A DNA stretch of 64,000 bases from Turneriella sp. GTDB lineage: Bacteria > Spirochaetota > Leptospiria > Turneriellales > Turneriellaceae. Location of the stretch: positions 3,296,001-3,360,000 of the forward strand of contig CBDIID010000003.1 of assembly GCA_965279515.1 (NCBI GenBank). Direction: 5' to 3'. Below are positions 28,975 through 38,292 of the stretch, piece by piece. Both the position numbers and the translations under genes were made by a program. Positions within the stretch are counted from its first letter, which is position 1. The number at the start of each line of letters is the position of its first letter. Under the pieces are notes generated by a model, which had not been told where the DNA came from, did no database searches, and saw only the letters and a program-made list of their open reading frames with translations.

Positions 28975-31590
28975 ATGTCGGTAAAGCGCGGTCATGCCCT
29001 GTTTCTTGGAGTTATGTGCCTGGCACTCGGTCGCTGCAATTCGCTGATCAGCGAAACCGAACGAATCCGCAAACTCTATGAACAGCAGCAAGCCGTCGTG
29101 CCTGTGGTAACGGCGACCGATCCCGCGGACAATAGTGTTGCGCCCTATAATCAAAGCTATATTGATATTACTTTCTCCAGCGAAATCGCTGCCTCGACAT
29201 TCACGCCGCAAACCACCTTCGGCGCCTGTACTGGTTCGGTGCAGATAAGTTATGACGGCTTTGTTAATTGTATCGGCGGTACGGTGGATGCCTCGCAGAA
29301 CCCGCGCCTGCGTTTTACGCCGGCCATTTTCCCGAAGGCCCTGGGGTTTCAGATTAGGGTTACAAATGCCGTCTTAAGCACAGCCGGAGTTCCCGTAACG
29401 CCTTACACCTCGCCCGTTGGGTTTAAGCTGGGCACTCCCTGCGGGACTTCCAATTGTTTCTTCAGCTACTCTACGCCGCTGATATACCCTGCGGGTGCAT
29501 ACTCGGGAATATTCCTGGTTCGGGGTGGCACGCATACGGGTAAGTACCTTGTCTATACATCTGGCATCACCACAACCACGCTTATTGATCCCGTTGCCAT
29601 CTCTTCACAGGCAGGCCCCGACATGGCCACCGGCGGTTGTGCGGCGCCGGGTAACAGCACGCATAATTTCCTGAACAATGCCGGTACTAAAGAAGTTATT
29701 GTCTTGGGAAACTCGACAACGGCGACCTGCCTCTTCGACCATGCACTCAACAATTTCGCCAACGGACCGACTTTCCTCGCAGCAACAGGGCTGGGGTCTT
29801 ATTCATTCAAACCGCAGAACCCGCTATCGGGCGAATATGGAAATGTGCTGATCACGACGGCGAATAACAGTGCCGGAGTTGTGCGTTTCGCAGCCGATGA
29901 TACCGGCAGCGGTTCCGTTTTTACACTGACTGGCGGCAACGCCAATCTCGGTGCGCATGCGATACGCTCAACCGCTGGCACTTATGCCGGAAAATGGATT
30001 CATTACAACAGTGGAGCTCAGACGACCCTGTTCACCGAAAATCCGCCCGGGATGAGCCTTGGGTATTCGCTCGGACTGGGCGTCAGTATTGGCGCGGCTT
30101 CGCTCGAGATCTTTTCCGGTACGCGCACCGGGCAAGTTATTACGGTCTTTGGCGGAAGTGCCAATACGATTTTTGCTTATGACATTGCCAATGATGCCAT
30201 AGTGCCGATGCAGCCCGCAGCGATGCCCGCGCTTGTCGGCGGGGGAGCCTTGCTGCTGCGGCAATCGGGCACTGCGACTTTCGATGCACCAGTTATGCTG
30301 CACGGGAATGGCTCGGCGACGACGGTGCACACAACCAGTGTGTATGATGCTGTGGCCGGAAATTTTACGTCGGGACCGTCGACAACCGGGGCGATCGCAG
30401 GCGGCTCGGCAAGTATCTTTGCCGGTTCGCCCAGTAACGGCGCGTTTCTGATCGTGAATGGCAATACGTTTCCGTCGACCTCGGTTTATTTTCCCTCTAC
30501 TAAATTGTTCAGTGGCACCCGTATGCCTCTCAGCGTGCCAAATCCAGGAGCACATGCGGTTCGTATATCCGGCGGATTTAACGACGGGCGTACACTGATC
30601 GTCGGTGCCGGCGGTACACGGCACTCCGCCGTTTACGATCCGCTGAGGCACACGATGGATGTGGGGCCTGACACACTCACGGCGATTTCTGCGTCGGGCT
30701 TCAGCATTCCACTCAGCCGCGGCGCACATGCGGGGAAAATCTTTACCTTCCATGGCGGCGGTTCCACGACCTTCAGCGTATATGATCCTGGTTCCACAGC
30801 ATATGTAAGTTCAGGGTCGCTTACCTTGCCTGCGATCACTGGCACATTTGCTGTGATGAATGCCGGTGCGAACGGCTTTCCTGTTGCGAATGACGATCGC
30901 CTGCTCGTGATGCACGGTGGGGGCAGCAATACCACACGCTACATCAACCAGATGACCGGTGTTGTCGGGGTGGGGCCGGGGTTGGGTGCCTGCGCCCTGA
31001 GCATCGGTACCAACATCCGGTATACCAAACCCACGGGCGGCGGATTGATGCAGTTTGTGATGTGCACCGCTAACTCCTTCATCGTATTCGATCATGCCCC
31101 GGCCATGCTGAGCTTCGCGGCCCCGCAAATTATGACTTCAACCGGAGCCGGTCGCCAATTGTACGTAATTCCTTCGGGGGCAGAGGCGGGCAACATCATG
31201 GTTATCCATGGTGGTGGCACCGGCACCAGCAGTGTCATCAATGCGGACACGCTCGTTGAAGGCGTTGGCCCCTCTATCGGTGGAGTTGGTGCGTGTGGAA
31301 ACTCCGTCATGGTTGATGCGGGGGCACAACTCATGCCGATACCCTTTGGACCCAATGCGGGTAAGGCTTTGCTCCTGGTGGGAGGCGCGGCAGGTTCGCC
31401 CGTCTCCTGTTTGTACGACCCGGCAACGAACAGTTTTAGTCCAGGACCCGTTGTCAGTTCAAATGGCTCGCCGGGGTTTGCAATCAGCAATGGTTCTGTT
31501 GCCTTCAGAACTTTTGGCGGTGCTTATCCGACTGCATTCATCGTTATCAGTGGTGCGAACAAAAATGTCTGGAATACCTACGTGCCCTAG
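28975..31590 (+). CDS. Large lipoprotein: SbsA/Big_5-like Ig domain plus kelch-like beta-propeller repeats
   Basis: Signal ending LGRC; PVVTATDPADN..ITFS; repeated G..GK.L..HGG.....YDP....F..GP units. Confidence 0.75.
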   Translation: MSVKRGHALFLGVMCLALGRCNSLISETERIRKLYEQQQAVVPVVTATDPADNSVAPYNQSYIDITFSSEIAASTFTPQTTFGACTGSVQISYDGFVNCIGGTVDASQNPRLRFTPAIFPKALGFQIRVTNAVLSTAGVPVTPYTSPVGFKLGTPCGTSNCFFSYSTPLIYPAGAYSGIFLVRGGTHTGKYLVYTSGITTTTLIDPVAISSQAGPDMATGGCAAPGNSTHNFLNNAGTKEVIVLGNSTTATCLFDHALNNFANGPTFLAATGLGSYSFKPQNPLSGEYGNVLITTANNSAGVVRFAADDTGSGSVFTLTGGNANLGAHAIRSTAGTYAGKWIHYNSGAQTTLFTENPPGMSLGYSLGLGVSIGAASLEIFSGTRTGQVITVFGGSANTIFAYDIANDAIVPMQPAAMPALVGGGALLLRQSGTATFDAPVMLHGNGSATTVHTTSVYDAVAGNFTSGPSTTGAIAGGSASIFAGSPSNGAFLIVNGNTFPSTSVYFPSTKLFSGTRMPLSVPNPGAHAVRISGGFNDGRTLIVGAGGTRHSAVYDPLRHTMDVGPDTLTAISASGFSIPLSRGAHAGKIFTFHGGGSTTFSVYDPGSTAYVSSGSLTLPAITGTFAVMNAGANGFPVANDDRLLVMHGGGSNTTRYINQMTGVVGVGPGLGACALSIGTNIRYTKPTGGGLMQFVMCTANSFIVFDHAPAMLSFAAPQIMTSTGAGRQLYVIPSGAEAGNIMVIHGGGTGTSSVINADTLVEGVGPSIGGVGACGNSVMVDAGAQLMPIPFGPNAGKALLLVGGAAGSPVSCLYDPATNSFSPGPVVSSNGSPGFAISNGSVAFRTFGGAYPTAFIVISGANKNVWNTYVP

Positions 31591-31612
31591 CCTGACTGGC
31601 GCCGGTTAGAAA

Positions 31613-32704
31613 TTGTCGCAACGATCGTTTGGTTTACTTTTGATTTTTGCTTTTTTCGCCCGCGCGACAATGTTTGTTTTGCCGTCGTTTTCTACCGACA
31701 CACGCCGTTTTCTCGCCGACGGGCTGAATGTCGCGGCGGGCAAAAATCCCTATACTGCACCCGCGCCGATTCCCATTGAATACGCGCACCTGCGTTCGTT
31801 CTATCCGCCGCTGCAAGAGGCGGTGTTTGGTGCGCTCGCTGCGGTGTGGCCGTCGCCGCTGGTGTTCCGTCTCTTGGGTGGCCTGTTTGAATTTGCTTTT
31901 GTGCTTTGGTATCTCTACCGCAAGCGCCGGCGGAATATTCCACGACCGCTGTTCCTGTTCCTGCTCTTTAATCCGCTGAGTCTTCACGAGGTCTGGCGCG
32001 AAGGCCATCTCGATCATATCGCGGCGATCTTTCTCTATCTCGCGATTCTGAATACGCGGGCGGGCAATACATTGCGGGCTTATGCCTTTACGTTCCTGAG
32101 TGCTGGCTGGAAATTTCTCGGCATCCTTGCCGTTGCGTTCCGCCTGAAACGCGCAGTCGCTTCGCCTTTGCAAGGTCTACTCAGGAAAGTCTTGTCTCCT
32201 TTCACTTGGCTGACGATATTATTTTTCGGCGCCCAGCTGATACCCGCCCTCATGGCAACGCCGTTTGCCGCGCAGGGACTCACCGTTTACCGCCAGTACT
32301 GGCACCACGGCAACGGCATTATCGAGATTTTTATCGCCTATGGTTTTGCGGCCGGCCATGGAATTTACATCGTGCAGTGGGTCATCGGGCTGCTATTTGC
32401 GGTGTTTTTGCTGCTGTACCTGATGCGCAAAATACGGCTCTACGATGCGGTCTGGTTAGCAGTGGGATCTCTCCTGGTGCTGTTTCCGGTACAGCATGCG
32501 TGGTATTATTTCCTGCTTTTGCCCGCGATTCTCACTTCGAAAAGATGGCGGTCTTTGATGATGCTGATCTGCTGCCTCACACCGCTCACCTATTTAGGCT
32601 ATCTGCAGAGCTATAAGGCTGCGGGTTTTTGGGTGATATTGGCCGCCTGGTGTGCCGGGTGCATAATTCATTTTACCCGGCAAAAGACCTATCGGCTAAG
32701 GTGA
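31613..32704 (+). CDS. GT-C fold membrane glycosyltransferase-like protein (GT87/DUF2029-like)
   Basis: STDTRRF..DG....G.NPY, YPPL, NPL..E...EGHLD, HAWY; many TM helices. Confidence 0.7.
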   Translation: MSQRSFGLLLIFAFFARATMFVLPSFSTDTRRFLADGLNVAAGKNPYTAPAPIPIEYAHLRSFYPPLQEAVFGALAAVWPSPLVFRLLGGLFEFAFVLWYLYRKRRRNIPRPLFLFLLFNPLSLHEVWREGHLDHIAAIFLYLAILNTRAGNTLRAYAFTFLSAGWKFLGILAVAFRLKRAVASPLQGLLRKVLSPFTWLTILFFGAQLIPALMATPFAAQGLTVYRQYWHHGNGIIEIFIAYGFAAGHGIYIVQWVIGLLFAVFLLLYLMRKIRLYDAVWLAVGSLLVLFPVQHAWYYFLLLPAILTSKRWRSLMMLICCLTPLTYLGYLQSYKAAGFWVILAAWCAGCIIHFTRQKTYRLR

Positions 32705-32710
32705 GCGCCG

Positions 32711-33634
32711 ATGCGTAAATTTTTGTCCATCCTCTTGCTGCTGGCTGGTTTTCTCCCGGCGCTGTTTGCAGAATCGACGGTGCCAGGCGACGGCTCCGCG
32801 CTGGCAGAACATCGTTATTTTTTCTACCGCGCCACCAAGGGCGATGTGCAGTTTTACCTGCTCGGTTCGATGCACATGGGCAAACCTGCCGATCCCGATT
32901 ATCCCGCGAAAGTTTACACAGCCCTCAATGGCAGCCGGCTTTTCATACTCGAAGGCGAAGTGCGTAAAGATAAGATCCGCATGCCCGATATGAAATACAC
33001 ATACCTGCCCGACGGAACGACGATTCAAAAACTGCTGACAAAAGAAGAGAATGCTCAACTCGAAAAAATCGGCAAGATTCTGGGAGTGCATATTCCCACA
33101 TTTGAGCGTTTCCAGCCTTGGTTTACGGAGTTCATGTTCGGCTACCGCATGGCTTTTAACCAGGGATTTGTGCTCGACTACGGAACAGAGCACCGTCTGC
33201 TCCGCTATATTGACAAAAAAATTCCCGCGAAGGATAAACCGCGTATTTTTGCACTCGAGGCCTCGGACGAAGTCCTGCGGCACATGCATAAATTGCCGAT
33301 GCCCGATCAGCTAAAACGCTTTCGGGCATTTCTCGCATACTCAGAAAGGACCGGCGAGAGTAATGCCCTCGAAATGCAGAAATTCTGGATCGATGGTGAC
33401 GATGCGAAAGTTCTCGAAATTTTTCATTATTACGCACGTGAGGGCACCGAAGAAGGCAGCCGTTTTGCCCGCGTGCTGCTCTACGACCGTAACCGGCGCA
33501 TGGCCGAACGTCTTGATCTTGTCGCACATTATCCCGGACAATATTTTGTCGTCACGGGTGCGCTGCACCTGATAGGCGACAAAAGTATCTTGTCGTACCT
33601 TAAGGAAGCGGGCTTTAAAATCGAGCGCCTATGA
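32711..33634 (+). CDS. TraB/GumN (Tiki) family metalloprotein
   Basis: Signal peptide; YLLGSMH, ALE, RNRRMAE, GALHL.G. Confidence 0.9.
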   Translation: MRKFLSILLLLAGFLPALFAESTVPGDGSALAEHRYFFYRATKGDVQFYLLGSMHMGKPADPDYPAKVYTALNGSRLFILEGEVRKDKIRMPDMKYTYLPDGTTIQKLLTKEENAQLEKIGKILGVHIPTFERFQPWFTEFMFGYRMAFNQGFVLDYGTEHRLLRYIDKKIPAKDKPRIFALEASDEVLRHMHKLPMPDQLKRFRAFLAYSERTGESNALEMQKFWIDGDDAKVLEIFHYYAREGTEEGSRFARVLLYDRNRRMAERLDLVAHYPGQYFVVTGALHLIGDKSILSYLKEAGFKIERL

Positions 33635-34533
33635 AAAAGTGGGGTTGTGACAAATGCGATGGCCTGGGTTACCGTACGGTGCCCCAAATGGCGCGCCGGC
33701 AGGCGGGTTTTGTGCTCGAGGCCTGCGAGTGCGTGGAAAATCTTTGCCGTTCTTGCCCCGGCGATAAGACGAACCCCTATGTCTATCTCGACGAAAAATC
33801 GGGAAAGATCCGCGCCTGCGAATGCAAGATACCGCGCGATAGTTTAGGGCGTGTGCGCGAACTTTTTGCGCAATCGAATATCCCGGCGAAGTATCGTTTT
33901 CATCGCCTGAGGGAATTCAACCTGCAGCCGCAGTATCCGAATCCGACAAAGTCCCCGGAACTCGAGGCCGCGAAACGCAGCGCACAGGTAGCGCTGACCG
34001 CCGCACAAGACAAGGCCGAACATTTCATCGCAGGACAAAAAAAACTCCAGACCACGCACGCACAAAGTGTCTCTGCCGCAGATCTCAAAGGCCTTTTTCT
34101 CATCGGTCCGCCCGGTACCGGTAAATCGCTTCTTGCGGCCATGATCCTCAACGAACTGATTCTCACCGCCCGGCTCTCATGCCGTTATATCAAAATCTCG
34201 CGCGACTTTTTCCAGCAGTTGCGTGCAACCTTCAACAGCGACTCGGGCAGCAAAACCGAAACCGTATTCAACGACATCGCCCGGCAGGATATCCTCGTGA
34301 TCGATGATTTCGGCATCCAGTCAGACAGCGAATGGGAGCAGCGTATGCTCTACGACCTCGTCGACGCGCGTTACGAGGCGGAGCTGCCTACAATTATCAC
34401 GTCGAATATCGACCTTGAGGCCGTGAAGAATCTGTTTAAAGGGCGAATCTATTCACGTTTTACCGAGATGCTGCATATCGTGGAATTTTTCAGCGTGCGC
34501 GATTACCGGCAAGACATGCAGGGTGTAACTTAA
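33631..34533 (+). CDS. DnaC/IstB-like AAA+ ATPase with Cys-rich N-terminus
   Basis: CDKCDG, ACEC, CRSC, ACEC; GPPGTGKS Walker A; LVIDDFG Walker B; RY..LPTIITSN; RIYSR. Confidence 0.88.
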   Translation: MKKWGCDKCDGLGYRTVPQMARRQAGFVLEACECVENLCRSCPGDKTNPYVYLDEKSGKIRACECKIPRDSLGRVRELFAQSNIPAKYRFHRLREFNLQPQYPNPTKSPELEAAKRSAQVALTAAQDKAEHFIAGQKKLQTTHAQSVSAADLKGLFLIGPPGTGKSLLAAMILNELILTARLSCRYIKISRDFFQQLRATFNSDSGSKTETVFNDIARQDILVIDDFGIQSDSEWEQRMLYDLVDARYEAELPTIITSNIDLEAVKNLFKGRIYSRFTEMLHIVEFFSVRDYRQDMQGVT

Positions 34534-34543
34534 AGGAAAATCT

Positions 34544-35989
34544 GTGCGCATTTGGCCGATCGTATTCGTCGTCTTAATATCGCCGGCCCTGGTATATGGC
34601 CGCAGCATGACCATCCTGGTGCATCCGCTGCAAAATGCCGGGGATGCACGCTATTCCTGGCTGCATGCCGGGTTGACAGCAACCGTCATTTCCGATCTGG
34701 CAAAAATAAAAGACATCAGCGTTATTTCCGAAGCCGACCGGAAAAAGGTGCTCAAAGAGATGGAGTTTTCCATGTCGGGATTAGTTGACGAAGAAAAAGT
34801 CGTCCGCGTCGGCAAGGTACTGGGCGCGAATCTGATTTTTACCGGTAGTTATCAGGTTATGGGCAGCCAGGTGCGTGTCAATGCGCAGTTGGTCGATGTC
34901 GAGAAAGCCCGCGTCGAAAATTCGGTCAAAATTGACGGGTCGCTTGAAAAGCTTTTTGACTTACAGGATCGTATTGTTTTGTCGCTTCTCGCAGAAACTG
35001 AAAAAATCCGCATCAGTGATATTGCCCCGGTGAGAATTACTAAAGAAGATCGCGAGAAGATACAGGCCCAGGTACGCCCCTCGCTGAGTTCGTACGAGCT
35101 CTACGCGCGCGGACTGGAAATACAAAAAAGCGATCCGCAGAAGGCTATGGAATTTTTCAGGCAAAGCCTGAAGGCTGACCCACAGTACCTGGATGCATTA
35201 CGCGAAGCGGGTTTGACTGCCGGCAAGATGTTAAATCGCTTCGACGAAGCTTTATCGTATCTCGCGAAAACAGAAAAAATACTGGTGAAGAAGACCGGTA
35301 AGTTGTCGCCCGCCTATGCGAGCCTGATGAACAGCATCGGTGTTGTCTATGATGAAAAAGGCGATTTGGAAAAGACAATCGATTATTATGGAAGGTCGCA
35401 GAAGACCTATGAGAAACTAAACCAGACCCAAACAGCCGGGTATGCCGTACTGATGAATAATCTGGGGATTGCCCACCGGAAAAAAGGTGATCTCAAGAAA
35501 GCCATTGGTTTTTATATCAGTTCTAAAAAAATCCGCGATAAACTGGGTCTGCAAAAGACGGCCGGGTATGCCGAACTCATGAATAATGCCGGCGTTGCGT
35601 TTCAGGAAAGCGGTGACCTCGAAGGCGCCATGAAGGGATTTACCCGCGCCAAAGAAACCTACGAGGCGATCGCCCTGCAAAAAACCGGGGGGTATGCAGG
35701 GCTGCTAAACAACATTGGCCTGGTGCATAAGGAAAATGGCGCTTTTCCCGAAGCCCTGCAGTTTCATCTGCAATCCAAGCAGTTTTTCGATGAGCTCGCT
35801 CTCGGAAAGACCACCGCGTATGCAAATGTGCTCTATAATATTGCCATCGTTTACGAAAAACTCGGCCAACGCGCTGAAGCGCACGCCTATTTCGGCAGTG
35901 CTTATTCCGCTTATGCAGGGCTGGGGCGTGAAAAAGATGCCGAAGATGCGCGCAAAAACGCCGAGCGGTTGCGCTTCGGCGCGCCTTAG
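34544..35989 (+). CDS. Secreted protein with CsgG/FlgO/TolB-N-like domain and TPR repeats
   Basis: Signal peptide; VGKVLGANLIFTGSYQ..G.QVRVNAQLVDVE; repeated YA.L.NN.G TPR units of about 42 aa. Confidence 0.82.
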   Translation: MRIWPIVFVVLISPALVYGRSMTILVHPLQNAGDARYSWLHAGLTATVISDLAKIKDISVISEADRKKVLKEMEFSMSGLVDEEKVVRVGKVLGANLIFTGSYQVMGSQVRVNAQLVDVEKARVENSVKIDGSLEKLFDLQDRIVLSLLAETEKIRISDIAPVRITKEDREKIQAQVRPSLSSYELYARGLEIQKSDPQKAMEFFRQSLKADPQYLDALREAGLTAGKMLNRFDEALSYLAKTEKILVKKTGKLSPAYASLMNSIGVVYDEKGDLEKTIDYYGRSQKTYEKLNQTQTAGYAVLMNNLGIAHRKKGDLKKAIGFYISSKKIRDKLGLQKTAGYAELMNNAGVAFQESGDLEGAMKGFTRAKETYEAIALQKTGGYAGLLNNIGLVHKENGAFPEALQFHLQSKQFFDELALGKTTAYANVLYNIAIVYEKLGQRAEAHAYFGSAYSAYAGLGREKDAEDARKNAERLRFGAP

Positions 35990-36017
35990 CACGGAAATGC
36001 GTAAACGCTTTACGGCC

Positions 36018-36045
36018 TGACGCGTCGATGATTATCGACGCGTTA
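36018..36045. repeat. 13-bp inverted repeat abutting the acyl-CoA dehydrogenase start codon
   Basis: TGACGCGTCGATG-AT-TATCGACGCGTTA, two G-T mismatches. Confidence 0.65.
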
Positions 36046-37226
36046 TGAAGCACGACCCCAGCCTTCTCGATTTTAATATTTCTCCCGATTTGCAGGAAAT
36101 GGCGGATTTACTCCACCAGGTCTGCCAGAATGAAATCATTCCCCGCCGCGCGGAGCTCGACGAGAAAGAAGAGTATCCCTTCGAAATCTTTAACAAATTC
36201 AAAGAGGCGGGCCTGCCCGGAATCATGTATGGTGAAGAGTATGGTGGCGCGGGCCTCGGCCTGTTTGCGGCGATCCTCTTTGCTGAAATTGTCAGCGAAT
36301 ACTGCCTCGGGGTAAACACGGCGATCTCTGCAACCAAACTCGGCGCCCTGCCGATCGAGCACGGCGGCACCGAAGAGCAAAAAAAGAAATATCTGAGCGC
36401 ATTTGCCTCAGGCGAAAAGATTGGCGCGTTCGGCCTCACCGAGCCCAACGCCGGTTCTGATGTGCCCAATCTTTCTACCACCGCCGTCAAAAAAGGCGAT
36501 CGTTATATTCTCAACGGCACCAAACAGTGGATCTCCAACTCGGGAGTCGCCGACGTTTATACCATTTTTGCCATCACCGACAAATCAAAGGGCCCGCGCG
36601 GCATGTCGTGTTTTATCGTTGAGAAGGGCACGAAGGGGCTCGAATACGGCAAGCTTGAGCAAAAGATGGGTATCCGCTGCTCGCATACCCGCCAGGTGAT
36701 TCTCGAAGATTGCGAAGTGCCCGAAGAAAACCTCGTGGGATTAAAACCGAACCGCGGGTTTATCCACGCGATTCAGACTTTGACTTCGTCGCGTCCAGCC
36801 GTGGCTGCTTCAGCGGTGGGTCTCGCTGTTGGCGCCTACAAAGAAGCCGTTAAATACGCGCGCCAGCGTGAACAGTTCGGCAAAAACATCATCAACTTCC
36901 AGGCAGTGCAGCACATGCTCGCCGACATGGCGACCAAGATCGAGTGCGCGCGCCTTATCACTTACCGCGCGGCAAAATACGCCATGGCGGGTCACCCTGA
37001 CACAGCAAAATATTCCGCAATGGCAAAATACACTGCTTCTGAAACGGCGGTATCTGTCGCGAACGACGCGCTGCAGCTGCACGGCGGTTATGGTTTCACC
37101 AAAGACTATCCGATTGAGAAAATGTACCGCGACGCAAAAATTCTGACGATCTACGAAGGCACGAGCCAGATTCAGAAGAATGAAATCGGCGCTTACATCA
37201 TCAAAGAATCAGCGACGTTGAAATAG
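36045..37226 (+). CDS. Acyl-CoA dehydrogenase
   Basis: FGLTEPNAGSD, NGTKQWISN, KMGIR, RxQFG, QLHGGYG, IYEGTSQIQ. Confidence 0.96.
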   Translation: MKHDPSLLDFNISPDLQEMADLLHQVCQNEIIPRRAELDEKEEYPFEIFNKFKEAGLPGIMYGEEYGGAGLGLFAAILFAEIVSEYCLGVNTAISATKLGALPIEHGGTEEQKKKYLSAFASGEKIGAFGLTEPNAGSDVPNLSTTAVKKGDRYILNGTKQWISNSGVADVYTIFAITDKSKGPRGMSCFIVEKGTKGLEYGKLEQKMGIRCSHTRQVILEDCEVPEENLVGLKPNRGFIHAIQTLTSSRPAVAASAVGLAVGAYKEAVKYARQREQFGKNIINFQAVQHMLADMATKIECARLITYRAAKYAMAGHPDTAKYSAMAKYTASETAVSVANDALQLHGGYGFTKDYPIEKMYRDAKILTIYEGTSQIQKNEIGAYIIKESATLK

Positions 37227-37228
37227 AT

Positions 37229-37258
37229 TTTTGCCCACGAATGAATTCGTGGGCAAAA
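37229..37258. terminator. Perfect 14-bp hairpin (terminator or REP-like element)
   Basis: TTTTGCCCACGAAT-GA-ATTCGTGGGCAAAA directly after the stop. Confidence 0.65.
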
Positions 37259-37277
37259 GATTGAAATTCGGATTTTT

Positions 37278-38234
37278 ATGAGATACATTCGATTAAGTTA
37301 TGTTTTCGTCCTGATTGTTTCAGCGGCGCTGTTTTGCAGCTCGACCCAACAGAAGCAGGCCACTGATACCGGTAAAAAAACTTACCTGCGCGGACTTTAC
37401 TTGCCCGTGCGCAAGGGAGCGGGTGACTCGCGCAATCTGGATTTCGTCAAATCTACCGTCGCACGCGGTAAGCCTCTCGGCATCAACGCATACGTGCTCG
37501 ATGTACAGGCATTCCAGGGAAATAAGAACAAGGTAAATCCGGAAGTTGTGGCCTACCTGAAGTCAGAGCAAATCTATACGGTCGCGCGCGTCGTTTGTTT
37601 CGAAGGCGGTATCAAGAAGTTCCCGGTACCACAACCTCATCTCGATAATTTAGCGGCTTTGGTAGAAGAGGTCTCGCAGCAGGGCTTCGACGAAGTGCAG
37701 CTCGATTACATCCGTTTTGCAGACGAAGGCGTGCGTGTGTCGCTCAGGAAAAAATACGAATTTCTCGACCAGTTCATTGCGAGTATGCGCGAAATCACGA
37801 AGCGTCGTAACGTGAAACTCTCCGCCGATATCTTTGGCCGTATTGTGTATAACAAAGACGACATGATTGGCCAGAAACTCGAGAATTTCGCGAAACACAC
37901 CGATGTCATCTATCCGATGCTCTACCCCAGCCATTTCACGGCTGATAAAAAACGCCTTTCAGATCCGGGCTTTACGGTGAAAGAGGGCACCGAAAACGCC
38001 ATCAACCGCCTTCAGGGAAAAAACACCGAAATCATGCCCTGGGTGCAATGTTTCGTCTACAATATCCAGCATGCGCGGGTGAACCTCACGCAGTATGTCG
38101 TTCTGCAGGTTGAAGGCGTCGAAAAGACCGGCGCGCGCGGTTGGGTGGCGTGGAATGCAAAAGGCGATTATAAAGAAGTCTTTCAGGCTCTCGAAAAAAT
38201 CAGCCAAACCCCACCCCTTCCCCTCCCCTTATAG
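37278..38234 (+). CDS. Putative glycoside hydrolase (DUF4015) lipoprotein
   Basis: Signal ending LFC; ARVVCF, GFDEVQLDYIRF, SADIFG, IGQ, PMLYPSHF, PWVQ, WNA. Confidence 0.82.
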   Translation: MRYIRLSYVFVLIVSAALFCSSTQQKQATDTGKKTYLRGLYLPVRKGAGDSRNLDFVKSTVARGKPLGINAYVLDVQAFQGNKNKVNPEVVAYLKSEQIYTVARVVCFEGGIKKFPVPQPHLDNLAALVEEVSQQGFDEVQLDYIRFADEGVRVSLRKKYEFLDQFIASMREITKRRNVKLSADIFGRIVYNKDDMIGQKLENFAKHTDVIYPMLYPSHFTADKKRLSDPGFTVKEGTENAINRLQGKNTEIMPWVQCFVYNIQHARVNLTQYVVLQVEGVEKTGARGWVAWNAKGDYKEVFQALEKISQTPPLPLPL

Positions 38235-38292
38235 GGGAGGGGTGCATATTCCCCCTCTCCCTATGAGGGAGAGGGGGCTAGGGGGTGAGGGT
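38208..38292. repeat. Inverted pair of family-1 palindromic units between convergent genes
   Basis: CCCCTCCCC-TTATA-GGGGAGGGG (38220-38242) and CCCCCTCTCCCT-ATG-AGGGAGAGGGGG (38251-38277); supplies the TPPLPLPL tail and TAG stop of the DUF4015 gene. Confidence 0.9.

Noticed and set aside
33631..34533. IS21 element suggested by the IstB-like ATPase
   Set aside because: No IstA transposase, terminal inverted repeats or target duplication seen; the gene is embedded in an operon-like run.
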